From Pavona decussata (lineage: Eukaryota), in NCBI GenBank assembly GCA_977016875.1, contig CDRNST010000143.1:868001-932000 (forward strand): a DNA stretch of 64,000 nt, read 5' to 3'. The position numbers and the translations under genes are program-made. The notes beneath the pieces were generated by a model. It did not search any database. It was not told the DNA's origin and saw nothing but the letters and a program-made list of their open reading frames with translations. Numbering within the stretch: the stretch's first letter is position 1; each line of letters begins with the position of its first letter. Below, piece after piece: positions 38,901 through 52,320 of this stretch.

Positions 38901-40125
38901 ACACCCAGAAACGATTAAATGCATCGTGGATATTGTGCAATTTTTCTCAATAGTTAGCACTTTCATACTAACATACCTGGATTGCACTTGTTATTGGATG
39001 TTAAAATAAGTTCTTCATTCGAATAAAATCGTAAAACATTAAAGAAGCTTCGCTTTCTTCTTCACTGAACAAAGCAAAGTAAATTACTTCGCTTTATTTT
39101 CAACAATACGACCCAAACTGGTTTTTACAATACCTCCTTTTTTCTAAAAAGTACCTCTTATTCGGCCAATTCTCGAAAAGTGGCATTTTCTTGATAAAAC
39201 GTACCTGCACAATACGGATTCGGTAAGGGCAGTGTTTTTGAAAATGTAACAATATTTTTGAGAGTTCGGCTTTATATAAGTAATCTTTTGAATTTTGGCG
39301 TTATAATTGTCTTTTGGTGAGAAAAAATTGTAAGTTGAAAAGATAAATCACAAGAAATGTTTAATTCTTTCCCCAACAAGGAATTAAAGTTTTGCCAAAA
39401 GGAAAAATCTTTCTCAGCAAACAAAACTAAATTTCAAGATTTATTCACTACATATCGTCGGGTAGCGTAGTTCGTAGTTAATAAGGAGCGATATTATCTC
39501 GTCGACTGTGCTTCAAATAAATCTTGCAATCCATTATGACTACTAGGACTGGAATTATTGAAAGGAACTAGGGAAATATCACGTAAGATATTTTTGGTGA
39601 GAATAAATAATTGCTTCAAATTGTTAGCTTAGACTTTGGCAGGTGCTTGTATGAGGAAAAGATTTATTGGTTTCGCAAATATTCCGCCCTTTTCGTCAAA
39701 AATAGAATTTTGCTCAAATTTGTCGGTCTTATTTCATTATTTGTTACCAGTTTCATTAAAAAACCTATTTTCGATTATTTTTGCCGGATTCACTAAAATG
39801 GATTTATCTTGCGAACCAACGACCGACCCGTGATCGCTTGATCAATTGAACATAGTTGAAACACTGTTTTAATTCGCAATAGATTCTGTGAGTTTACACC
39901 AGTGAACGCTTCAAGGGAATTGCCTTTGAGTTAGGAACTGATTTTTTTGAAGAAATTTTCAGTTTTTTCTTAGGTAAGGGAGGTATTGAATTATAAGCAA
40001 CCGATAAACTAGTGTTTTTTTTTTAAAGAAAAAAATGCAACATGTCATAAAATAACAAAAACAGGAAATGTTAACTTACTAGTGAGTGCAAGCCGAACCA
40101 CTGAACACCACGTTCGGCGAGACAT
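35957..40125 (-). CDS. Secreted C-type lectin domain + PAN/apple domain protein; complement(join(35957..36231,37613..38038,40080..40125)), ~248 aa
   Basis: Exon 1 MSRRTWCSVVRLALT ends at a GTAAGT donor and joins in phase 1 to give signal-like ...LALTIIGLPWHARS. Exon 2 is a full CTLD (CKAGW..CY, LASIHS.EN, VGLTD, WSDG, EPD, DC, WND.PC, YVCK). Exon 3 has the PAN pattern CAFLC..NPLCKSINY...CELN. Both introns are phase 1 with pyrimidine-rich AG acceptors. The last exon could alternatively splice onward near 35960 (G|GTAG). Confidence 0.82.
36632..36810. mobile_element. Penelope-like inverted-repeat remnant with degenerate minimal hammerhead motifs, in lectin intron 2
   Basis: gacgttctgagcgttagccctttggtcagagcg pairs with cgctctgacgaaaggataacgcttgaaacg, which has a CTGACGA...GAAAC core. 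Confidence 0.65.
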
Positions 40126-43100
40126 GCTTTTGCAAGGAATGGCAATTGCACTAAATTTACCTGCTACCCGTTTATTTTAAACGCAGCAGCCTGACTCGCT
40201 CATTTTGATTGTTTGCTGATTTAAATTCATAAAGGAATCGCCGACTTACATCCACAGAAATGCCAAATACTATTTCTCAAGTACGTGCTGTCGGAACAAA
40301 TTACAATATTTAATATAACCATTAACATACCACTTTAAGAAAGCCGACGTCAGTGGCCTATTTTAGTTTCAGTGTTCAATCTGTTCGACTCTTGAAAATT
40401 GCCTTCAGCTTCGTAAAGTCAACAAGACTCTGCATAACGAGAATGCAAATAGTGGATGTGGATGGCGGATGGCCGATAAATCTCTTCCTAAACCATTACA
40501 TCTGTTTAATACCGGATGGTTTTAATTTTTTTCTCATTTCAGCAGATACTGAAGAGCAAGGTTAAAGCAGTCAAATTTCGCAATTGGGGTGTACTTTTTA
40601 AACGCGGTTTGATTTCTGAAAACGTGCCGGATCATCGTAATCATATTATATCTTATTTTTGCACTTGTACGTAATTTTACACTGATATAAGAAAAGGAAA
40701 ACACAAAAATGACAGTGTATTTCACTAAAGGATTCCGCATTAAACCGTGGTGGTTAACGACGCAACTCGTATCATATCCGCGCATATTATGTATAAAACC
40801 GTGGTTTCCACTGAACCTTATTTTCTATTTGAACTTTATTTCATCACTAAGTGTACATTACATTTAAAAGTACATTAAATGTATAAATTAATACAGAGAA
40901 ATGAAACTTCTTTCACTAAATACACTGGACCGCGGGTAGCGAAAGCCATTAATCGAAGCGGGCAGAGTAAGACAAGTAAAAGATATAAATAAGGGATAAG
41001 AATATACTAAGAGAAAGAGACCATTTTAAAACACAGACAAATAAAAAATACAGTAACTTTTCGCGTGCAACCCTAAACGAGACCTTTACGGCTTAATATA
41101 ATGGTGTTTTGCCCAGAACACTCTAAGTGAGACCAAAATCCTAAATTTACACCCCTAAGCGAGACGACGAGCATCCCCGCCCCTTTCATATGAGAGTCCC
41201 CCCCGGGACTTTACTGAGTTTTGTAGGGGTGTTTGCACTCTTGTTACCTTTCGTACATTGTCGTGAGCTCTCGTCACCTATCTGTCGTTCTTGTCCACTT
41301 ACTTCTACTCCAGCGCGCTATCGACTTCTCATGCACCCACTCGTAAGCTATGCTTAACCTTACAGTGCTCTCGTTAAATTCATAGGTTCTCGTTGTTTCT
41401 CTAGCACCACGTCAATTCCCATGATCTCTCGTTAACGTAACTCCCGGCATGCACTCTCGTCATCCCTCGTGCACTCCCTTCTACACTCGTGTGTTCTCGT
41501 CTTCTGAAGGCTTGGATACACAGTGCAATATTGTATCCAACATTTCGAGCAACTTCTAAAGTTCACCTGTCCCCTCTCCGCAAAAAAATTTCAACAAAAA
41601 TAATGTTGCAACTTGGCTGAGCCTTTACTTTACTACGCTCTGGTTTAATGTCGAATTTACTCTCATCCCTTTTCCTTTTCGATCTCCCTCGAACGTCCTC
41701 GTGGTGTTTCAACTTAATTTCCAACCCGCGTTACTTTTGTGTGTTTTCATAAACGCTCCAATGTCGTCGTACGTCCTCTTGCGCCGTTTTTGTTTTATAA
41801 AAAGTTTAATCATTCGAACTAGTGATATGCTCTGTTGAAAAAAGTTATTTTCCAGCCAAAAAACTTAGAAAAAGTACGGGCGCTCAAAATATGCATGCAC
41901 CGTTTTTTTCTTTTTTTTTTTATTTTAAGGTAATTAAAGGGGCTATGTCAGCTGGGGGACATGCGCAGTTAGCGTCCGTGCGTTGATAGAACCACTTTGA
42001 AGTTGTTGGCCCAACTTTTTCAAATACAGTCGGAGAGTTCAGGAAGCTGACGCCCTTTTCATCCGTGCCTGAATCGCGTTCATCTTTGGAAAGTTAGCTA
42101 ATCTTTTTATTTACAAAGATTCCTCTGTATTTACAGACGCTGTTTGTTGCAATATTTCTGAAATCGTTTGCTCTTGGAGCTCTATTAATGTGGATTTGCG
42201 GTGTCCACTCGCGGCGGCCGTCGTTCTGGCTTCGGGCAAAAAAGAATATAAGACAGCAACGGCACAAAACATTAAGTTTGGAATTGAGGACACCAAAGGA
42301 TTTGCCTGGCTTGTTATTAGTTTTATTAGACCTCGCTTGACCTCGATATTGCTATGAATGCATTGACATATGATGGGTGTAAATCAGACATGAATACAAA
42401 TACTTCTTTGATTGTTTTGACAAGCCGACTTTCTCTTCGTGCCACAATTGTGTGTATAAATAAATCAGTTACGTACAGTGTAATTTCGTAGTTTTGCAGG
42501 GGCAACCGCGGGTTTTGGACGTAATTTTTAGAGCACAAGTAGTTTTGCAATTGCAAGTATCGGCATATAAACAAACGGAACTCACACGTAAGTCACACGT
42601 ATTAAAAATATTAAAAGACTTCTCCGCCAAACAATCGTACACCACTTCGCAAAGAAAATTTTGTGAAAGTTTTAGGTTTTCTTGTTGCCAAATTTTAGTC
42701 TTCAATTTTAGAAAATTATTCTATGAAGTAAAGTTTCATTTTCGAAGTGGTGTACACTAAAAAAGCGACATGGTAAGCTGTTAAACAGTTTGGTAGCAGA
42801 AAACAATTTGATCATCACGAAACTTTTGATAACAAACCAATAGAATAAGGCGATGATTTTGTTCCCCAAACTTAAACTAACTTTACAACAGCTGCAAAAC
42901 CATTTAGCTTGCCACGTCGCTTTAAAAGAACTTGTTCAACTAGCAAGTGAAGTCAGCAAAGACTAAGAGCTTAAACTGTTGCAGAAGAAAGGTCGATATT
43001 AACGAGTGAAAGTATCATTTTGGTTTAAATGATCAAGTTGGAAGTTCATGATGTTTTGAAATATTACGAATTTTTTTTTGAAATTCTTTGTACTTTGAAT

Positions 43101-43856
43101 TTCTCAAGTTCTCATGCCTAATCCATGTTTTCAAATTCAAAAATAATTTTTCTGGTCAATCCATTTTCCACTTATTTTGAGTGAACATTTTGGAGAATAT
43201 CGATACAATATCTATAATGATATTTGGTCTGTTTGCTCTTAAGCTTAACACAATGTTGATAGTTGAAGATAATTTCTCTTCATTAACGTTCCAGTTCCAA
43301 ATAAACGTTTTGCAAACATCTAGAATTTTTTCTACATATAAACTAAGGTCACAGCTGGTTCGTTTATTTGCTAATAATATTTAAAAATTTGATGATTAAC
43401 AACACAGTTTTTTTGAGTTTATTTGGTGCAATTATTGTTTATTTTTGGAAATATTTTTGATGATATAAGCTCAATTTCTTTTCTTCTTTGACAGCACATA
43501 ATATTTTGGTTTCTATTTCGAGTTAAAAATACGTCATTTTACTCGTTTTTCTTGTCCCACGCAACACTGAGTCAGTTGAACAAGATCTTAAACATAAAAC
43601 TTTAATACTACAAAACTAACGTCTAGTTGAAAAAATGGAAAATAAAGAAACTCAAATGCCAAACTAATGATCCCCGTCTAAATTTTCCCACCGATACGAG
43701 TAAGAAATATCGGCCTGAAATTTAAAATAGTGTATTTTGCGCCAATGATTTAATTATAGTCAGCAGGACCACAAAAGACATAGTACAGATTAGCTTTGCT
43801 ATATGCGGGTTGTACATTTTTCTAATTTGTTAAATTTTAAATTATCGAAATAAAAT

Positions 43857-43866
43857 GATTGATTGG

Positions 43867-43916
<50 letters not shown>
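43857..43916 (+). repeat. (GATT)n microsatellite
   Basis: Direct observation. Confidence 0.95.
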
Positions 43917-43917
<1 letters not shown>

Positions 43918-46900
43918 CAGATTATTTTACCAAGTTTCACTTGACTCTAAAATTCTGAAGTAAACTTTTCATTTTCAGAAAGAAGTCTTTTCAATTGTAT
44001 ATGATTTTAGATTTTTTCTGCTTCAAGATTTCCGATTCGGCAAAAACGTTAATTTGTAAGTTCACCAACTTGATGTTCCCAAAACTTTCAAGACGATCAA
44101 ACTCGAATTTGTCCTGGTTTACAGTACATTTGAAGCCGACCAGAAGAAACTTATTTCGCCTATCGGCTGCAATATATAATTTGTTGTATTCTCGTAAAAA
44201 TTCCAAAATAATTACCAAATACGATATCTGGAGAATAATTAGTTGGAATAAGGAATAAAAAAACTGTGGCCTAGTTTTGGTATTAATAGTGTTCAAAATA
44301 ATTTATACAAAGAAATCAAACAAACCGCACTCGGTATAACTTAAATGAAATTACATTCTTTTTTTGTTTTCACAATTTCATTCAATTTGATTTAAGAATT
44401 TCATAATATTTTTGAACGTGAAATAAGTGTGAACAGCATACACAACTCCGTTGAACGTAGCCCATTCATTTTTGTTTTACAGCAAAATTTGAATTGAAAT
44501 ACAATGCAATTGTAAAATGTTCCGTGGAATATTTCAAAATGAATTTGAATTTTGTAAATAACTCGGTTGAACGCATAATCCATTCAATTTCTTTTCACAG
44601 AAAAATTTGAAAATTCAAATACAATGCAACAGAAAGTAAAATGCCCTGTGGAATGTTTAAAAATGAATTTGAATTTTGCGCCTTTGCTGAAAGCGCAATA
44701 AATTTCTTCAAAGTTCACCCTTTTTGTGTTACCTCTATTATTTAAATCAATTTTTTATCAAAATGGCGAAAGCCTTTTTTTCTTGGCTTGCAAAGTTCTA
44801 ACAAAAAACTGTTTCCGAACCGAGAAGCGATTTACGTGGAACTTAACATCAAAAGTGCATTTTTATTTTATTTATCTCTGCCAGAATTAAAATGCTGGGA
44901 AAATCGTTCAATCTTTTGTGGTCCACAACTCTAATGTGGTGCTGAAGACGTTCGCAAGATGTTAACTGAACATTATTCCAACCAGACGCTTGTTTTATCA
45001 TACATATTACAGCATGTAAAGGGAACATAAGAAATATCAGAAGGTTCCTACATAATGTTTCTTCTTCAGTAAGTGATAAAATTTTGGCCTGGGAACTTGT
45101 CGTTTAATAAGTCAAATGTTTGACGCAAGACTTTAACAATTTAATTTGCAATACAAGTTTCCATGGGGATCCTCTTTAAAGCCTTCTGTTCCCTTGACAG
45201 CAGTAAACGGAGGTGGAACTGCTAAGTGTAGATACCTAATTTTAATTTTTGTTCTCGTCGCGAATTGGCCAAAACTCGAGAGTTTATTTTGAAATTTGAA
45301 GCTTTCAGTTACTTCGTAATTCAGTCAAAAAATCAAGGTAATCAACAAAATTTTAGTTTCCATTTCACACACCAAATGATACAGAATTTTGAATATTTTT
45401 GTAGATAATCAGGCAATTTCAAATGGAATTTACCAAAACGAAGAGAAGTCCAATACTGAAGAATATATTTTGAAATTTAAGTGTCCATTTTTTTAAGGTC
45501 GTCAACACGATTTCAAGTCACAGACCAAATGATATTAAATTTGGAAGATTTTTTATATATAATCAGGCAGTTTGATGTCAAATTAACCAAGACGGAGAGA
45601 GAACCAAATAAATAATTTTGAATTTTAAGCTTTTCTTTCCTTTTAAATTCAGTCAAAAGGTTAAGCCCATCCACTTCTCAAACCAAATAATCTATAGTTT
45701 TCAAGACTTCTGTAAACAATTAGGTAAATTTATATTGACCTAATAAAAAAAAACGTTTCTTTTGGATGTTTCCAATTCCATCAAATCATATAAAAGCGAA
45801 GAAAGAAAATGCAGTTGCTAGTCCCATCTCTAAATATCCTTCAGGCAGTGGGTTGGTGTGCGAGTGTGTCACTTGCTTTAATTGATTGTTTCGACTTAGC
45901 CTTTAAGTATGTTTTAGATTTCATTAAAGAAAAGAAAGAAGCAATTTTTCAGTTTTGATCGAGCTGTCCTTTTTGCCAGCGTTATTTTTTTCATTTTCCA
46001 TTTAAATATACAACTTGCAGTTCTACCTTGGAAACAGCATATAACTGAAAAATAATTTAACCTATTTCTAAAAAGCGCAACACTGAGCGATCGCCGATCT
46101 TGACATTTTCAATACATCCCAATTTTGCTTCAATTAAAAAAGGTTAACCAAAGTTTCAAGTTATATTTTTTGGAAAATGTATCATATAAAACAAATCCGT
46201 TGACATCGCGAACTGAAAAATGACGGCCTTATTAAACTTTCAATTGTCATTATGGAATGATCTCTCAGAGCTAACGCTAACATGCTTAAACCGCTATGCA
46301 AAATAATACCTTAAGGTATATTTCAGAAGTATTAAAAGAAATTCTGCTGCACCGACAGTGTTTTCAAAATTAAAGGGCCATATTTTAATGAACGGATCAC
46401 CAATTAAATGCTGGTGAATTGAAGATTAAGTAGGACTTTTCACACACCGCCACCATCTTTCATAGGTATCATTTTTTCAATACTTTTTCCTCTTTTCTGA
46501 TCCTTTTGCTCCTCCTGTCCTGTCTTTATTCTCGTGCAAAATGTCCTTTTTAAAAGTGAAACAAGCAAAACTCATGAGTTCAACAAATATGCCAAAATAA
46601 AACCAATACATATGCTTTGTTAAACACTTTGACACTTTAAGGTTCTGAAGCCCTGCTCTCCTCCGGCAACCCCCGAAAAAAATTCAGAATAGATATCCGA
46701 GTTTCATTTGGCAGAGCAACGAAAAACAAAAAGCATCAAAAGAAAGTACTGCTCAGTCGCTTTCACTTGAATGGTCACACTTAAGGATTTCGCTCAAAGA
46801 CTCAAAAGTTAGAACCATCTTGTGCATGCTGTATAGCTTGATTGCACGTGACGTCATGGCGGCCATGCTGGTGGTATGGAACAATAAAATTTTCCATTTT

Positions 46901-47385
46901 TTCCATTTTTTTCCATTTTTCTCCTTTCTCCAGCGAGGGCCAACTGTAAGTACCCCATACAAAACGTTAGAGTATAAAGACCTTCTTAGGTTTTTGCCGA
47001 CAAAACCCCAGGTTTCTTCACGTACGTTCAGGCGACGTGTTATAATCTTTGATTCTGACACAAAAATGTCACAGAAATGTTCCTGTGCTGAAAGTAAACG
47101 AGAGATGTACGGACTCAATGGCCCACTTATACATGTCATCAAGTTGTAATTGACTCATCTCAATTTTCCTATACACTAAAAAACAGTTGAATAGTTCCGC
47201 GGTAGAAGAATTTGACAGTGTAATAAAGGTTTCGATTATGATACAATCACGGGCACAACAGGGCACAGGCGTCCTCTACTGTTAGTAACGTGGAGCAGAA
47301 TTTACTAGCATTCTTAACATACGTTTATTGAGGACGCACCAGGATCGAGATTATTCTGTTTTGAGACCACAAAGTTGTCAAGTTG

Positions 47386-49761
47386 TCAGTTAGCAAGATT
47401 TATAGAAAGCTTGTTAATGTCGCAATACTTAAAAACTAATTTTAGTTCCTCATTCATGATGGTTTCAAGATGCTGTAACTTATCACATGTGTAGAACATA
47501 TTTGTGTCATCAGCAAAGATTCGAAATGATAGTTTCTTAGAGCAATTTGGCAAGTCAGTAATATAAAGTAAAAATAAAAGTGGGCCTAGCGTTGACCCTT
47601 GCGGTATGCCACAAACAATCGTTTCATAACTGGATTTAGTATTGCCAATCTCAACAAACTGAGTGCGATTATGTAAGTAGCTTTTAAACCAGTTAAAGGG
47701 AGTTCCACGTACTCCATAGTGATAGAGTTTTGATAACAGAATGTCATGGTTCACAGTATCAAATGCCTTTGAGAAATCTAAGAAAAGACCACAGGTAACC
47801 ATTTTCTTATCTAAAGCCTTTTTGAGTGAATCAGTGATTTCTAAAATAGCTTGTTCAGTTGAGTGTCCTTTCCTAAACCCAAACTGATACTGATACAAAA
47901 TGTTATTTTTTTCTAAGAAATTATTTAGTTGATTATAAATTAGTCTTTCGAACACCTTACTAAAGGGTGATAAAGTTGAAATCGGCCTGTAGTTACCTGT
48001 GTTGGTGACATCACCATTTCTGTAAACTGGAGTGACCCGTGAGACTTTCATTACATTGGGCACTATGCCTGATTCAATTGATTGATTGTAAATTTAGGTG
48101 AAAAGTACTGACAGTGGATCAGCAGCTAGTTTTATTAATTTGTTAGGTATATCAATTGATGATTTATTTGCATCCAGGGTTTTAAACAAGGTAGAAACTT
48201 CAGGTTCAGTGACAGGAAACATAACAAAACTATTGGCTGGAGATGATGTGATGTATTGCAAAGGGTTTTCGTTGCTGTTCTCAATTTTGCTGGCCAGAAG
48301 TGGGCCAACATTAATAAAATGTTTATTGAACTGATCTGCAATATCAGCATTATTAGTGTATGCTTTGTTGTTCCTAAAAATTCTTTGCGGTGTAGACTGG
48401 GCCTTAGTTTTTCTTTTGATGAGTGTACCAATTAGCTTCCATGTAGCTTTTAAATTACCTTTGCACAGATCAAAGTGTTTACAAAAATAAGTTTTCTTAC
48501 TGATGTTTTTAAGGTAGTTCAATCTATTAGAATATTTTTTAAACTCACAGACTTTGCACGGATCTCTGGATAGAAAATGCGTTTTATACATAGTATGCTT
48601 AATTTTAATAGATTTAAGGATCCCTTTCGATATCCATGGTTTTTGTAGGAGTCTTTGTTTATTTCTTGAGGTTTGTTTTTTTGGTGCATGTTTGTTAACG
48701 ATCGATTTAAGTGTATCAATAGTGAGGGCAGTTATTTCATGCAAATCAGTACATTGCATAGTAATATCATTCCAATCAATCGCATAAACATCCTGAAGGA
48801 ATGAATCTGCATTAAATGTACTATCGTCTCTAAAGTACATTTTTTGTTTTTGTTTTTTAACCTTTATGTCAGTCATACAGAAAACTGGTAGATGATCTGA
48901 GATGTCAATAGTTAAAATCCCAGAAACCAAACTATTAACTGTATTTGTATAGATATGATCAATCAATGTTGTAGTATGACTAGTGATTCTAGTAGCCTTA
49001 GTTATTACTGGTAGAAGATCATGAGAGAAAAGCATATCAAGATATCCGCCTGTTTGCTGATGTGTGTGATGCTTTAAGAGGTCAATATTCATATCCCCCA
49101 GGATGTATGCATCATACTTGTTTAGATTTAACTCTTTTAGAAGTTCGTCAAATTTCAATGTAAATTCTTCCACATTTGCAGATGGGTGTTTGTAAACACA
49201 TCCAAGCATAATGTGTTTCTTATTATTACGAGGGTCTATTTCAACCCAGCATGACTCAACTAATGGGAGATCAATTCTTAGATCTGGTCTGGGAATAGCT
49301 TTAAGGTTCTTACTAACATAAAGGGCTGTACCACCTGCAAGGGTAGGTGAATCAGTATGGAAAAGGTGATAATTAGTCAGATCAACATTGGAAATAGAGT
49401 TTGGATTCAGCCGGGTTTCAGTAATGGCTATTACATCAGGCCTAGAATCTAGTGAGTAAAACATATCATTTAACAGGGTTAGGTTTTTAGTCAGACTTCT
49501 CACATTTCAGTGAAAGAGGGAGATACCTTTGCCTCGGCTATTATTTAGCGCATTATTAACCTTAGACATATTATAATAATCAGAATGTGGGTTAATAAAT
49601 ATCGAATCAGGGTCAGCTTCATCATTTTTATCTGGGTTAGGTAATAAATTATAGAGATCTGAATCCATGAGAGCATGAAATTGCCTAGACCAAATATTAT
49701 TAATGAAGCTAAATTCCCTATCATCTAATTCGTAAAAGGGTAATATCTGTAATGTGTTCAT
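47386..49761 (-). pseudogene. LINE ORF2 (endonuclease-reverse transcriptase) with two in-frame stops, C-terminus missing
   Basis: APE motifs NVRSL, AITETRL, GDMNID, TLIDHI and SDHLP. RT motifs NYRPIS, QFGFR, DFSKAFD, GIPQGSTLGP and FADDT. Single frame with TGA at 49507-49509 and TAA at 48094-48096; ends abruptly at KLSINLAN. Confidence 0.92.
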
Positions 49762-49834
49762 GTCATGGAATTCGTATATTAGATTTACATAAATTCAAAT
49801 AAAAAATATAAATATTATACTATTTAGCTCATAT

Positions 49835-50669
49835 TTATTCTCTGTTGCTTATCTGGTCAAGATAGTCTTCAAATTCCTCATGCGTCGTGAAAGCTTCAGT
49901 GGCAGATGCATCATTCACTTTCAGCATGATCTTCCCATTACTAGTCCACAAATATTTCACATTGTTCATCCGCTTGTATTCCTTGATTCGTCCGAGGAGC
50001 CTTTTTCGGTAGTTGGTCAAGGATTCATTTATGTAGATCTTACTATTTCCAGCGCTTGTTTCAGCGAGCGATTGCGAAGGCAAATGGCTTGTGTTCTTTC
50101 CAACCAAATTCTTTCGCTTCTTGTAGACTTCCTCTCTCTTATCTCTCTTTAGAAACTTAACGATCATGCGATTTTTAACTTTTTTGGAGTCAGGAAGCTT
50201 GTGCGCTGCAGCAATGTCGCTGTCTTCGATCTCTACTCCTATTAGAGAGCCGATTTCTTTGACAATTTGTTTGGGATTATCATGGGATGTGAGTGGTACA
50301 CCAGTAATCTCCAAGCTATCTCTCCTTAAGTACTGTTGTGTTTCATCCAGCGAACATTCAATTCGATCAATAGCCTCCACATATTTATCGATCGTTCCCG
50401 CCAGCTCACCATACTTCTGCTCGATCGAATCTGAAATCTCTTTGTATTTCTTATCAAGCTTAGCTGTCTGGCCATTGGATTTTTGTATGCTTTCAATAAC
50501 GGTATCATATTTCTTCGAGATAAACTCCTGCGTCGTCTCTTTCGGTCACAGCGTTGATACTTGACTTCAGCGCCAGGATCTCTGCTTTAATTTCCTGTCT
50601 TATTCTAGGCAAAAACTCTTCTTTCCATAATTTCCGCAAGTCTTGTATGCTTAGAAGATCAGTAGGCAT
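49835..50669 (-). pseudogene. LINE ORF1 (nucleic-acid-binding) with frameshift near 50540
   Basis: ATG at 50669 (MPTDLLSIQDLRKLWKEEF...). The frame shifts into TQEFISKKYD...DETQQYLRRDSLEITGVP... Confidence 0.8.
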
Positions 50670-50833
50670 AATTGTCAATTGTAGATTTCAGTTCAACGGA
50701 TTGTAGATTTCAATTTGAAACGGACATCATCAAGCACGTTTCGCCGTCATCATTATGCAAATCAACAGGGACAGGTGACAGGTGACAGGGACAGGTGTCT
50801 GTTTCTTGGGCGAGCGCAAAACGCGAGGTAAAC

Positions 50834-51278
50834 GTTACATCAAACGGTATGAGGTGGGTCACCCGCCGTTCTGATGGATAAAAAGTTAAAGCCTGAGTTG
50901 CTGTGTTAGCGCTTTCCATGTTACATCAGACAGTATGAGGTGAGCCACTCGCCTTTCTGATGGATAAAAAATTAAAGGCTGAGTTGTTGTATTAGCGTTT
51001 TTTATGTTACATCGGACTGTATAAAGTGTGTCATCCGCCGCTCTGACGGGTAAGAAATTAAACGCTGAGTTGAGGTGTTAGCGCTTTCTATGTTACATCA
51101 GACCGTATAAGGTGTGCCACTCGCCTTTTTGATGGATAAAAAAATTAAAGGCTGAGATGCTGTATTAGTGTTTTTTATGTGACATAAGACCGTATAAGGT
51201 GTGCCACCCGCCGCTCTGATGGATAGAAATTATAAAGCGCTGAGTTGCTATATTAGCGGGGTTCTTTTGTGTTACACG
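50834..51278. repeat. Tandem array of five ~86-bp monomers
   Basis: Units start at 50834, 50920, 51006, 51092 and 51179, with a partial unit at 51271. Confidence 0.9.
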
Positions 51279-52320
51279 AGAGCATGACACCGATATCAAC
51301 CATAACACTGGCTGTTCATTTCTTTTTCATTTAATTATTTTAACGAGTTTGCTTCACAGTCACTTCCTTCATTACTTCACCAGTTTTATAGTTTCGCGTC
51401 TTTTACTGCTTTTTTGTAAAATACTGACCTTACTGAAAAAAAGTGTTCTTTATGGTCCCCTCATTATGGTTTTGCTATGGTGTGAAAATAGATTTACAAT
51501 TTGGACATTTCGAGCACAAAGTGAATTTGTTGTGCCCCCTGTTCTGAAGGTGAGTATGGATTGTTCCATTTCATCGTAACTCGAGGGCCGCCCTCCTACA
51601 CTATGAATGTTTTGACGCCTACCCCCGGAACAATTACCCGGACGATGTACACTGCAAAATCAAGTTAGTCGTGTTTATGTTAAGCTTGAATATTCAAAAT
51701 TGTGATTGTCTAGCCAAATGCTTTTCTGTGTTAACTAATATCGTCTTGGCTAAGCGAGCCTTACCCTGGTTCTTTCTCTTATATTTCCTTTCTTTGAATG
51801 CCTACCATTTCGCATAATTAACAAGCGCCAATTCCTTATAGCAGAAGAATACGTCTCTCAATCTTTTGTCGTCGTATTTTCCTGGCCTCCCTTTCATTAG
51901 CGGCCCTTAGCAATCGCCTCCTTTTGTTCCTTGCTTTGCGCATCTTTATTTTTTTTTCCTCTAATGAACTTTCTCGCGACTTTCGTGGCATAACCAACCA
52001 CAATTTCGAAAGGGCATGCTTTCCTATGGTTCCCGCTAAACAGTACCGTAATATAATTCCGCAGTTGCGGTTCAGGATACTTGTATATGTTCCCGCGTTT
52101 CCACAAAGTGATACTTATTATCCAAATTCGAATAGACAGCGGCTTATCGCAAAACAATAGAAAACATTAGGTGGTAAAAATTTGCTTCGAAAGTGAATGT
52201 ACAACTAGTAGATCTAAACGATGGCGAATAGTTTGCGAGGTTTGTGCACAGGATGCAGACGAGTCGCATCTGACGAAATTCGGGCTAATATTTTTTCACC
52301 ATACAACTGCAGCGAAATTC

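Larger units (their letters stand above)
47386..50830 (-). mobile_element. CR1/L2-clade non-LTR retrotransposon, 3'-truncated, inactive
   Basis: ORF1 (coiled coil plus RRM-like QYLRRDSLEITGVP, YINESLT, YLWTSNGKI) is followed by ORF2 with an AP endonuclease and an RT. The 5' boundary is approximate. Confidence 0.92.

Noticed and set aside
50834-51278. CRISPR-like array
   Set aside because: Whole units are homologous with no unique spacers, the context is eukaryotic, and there are no cas genes.
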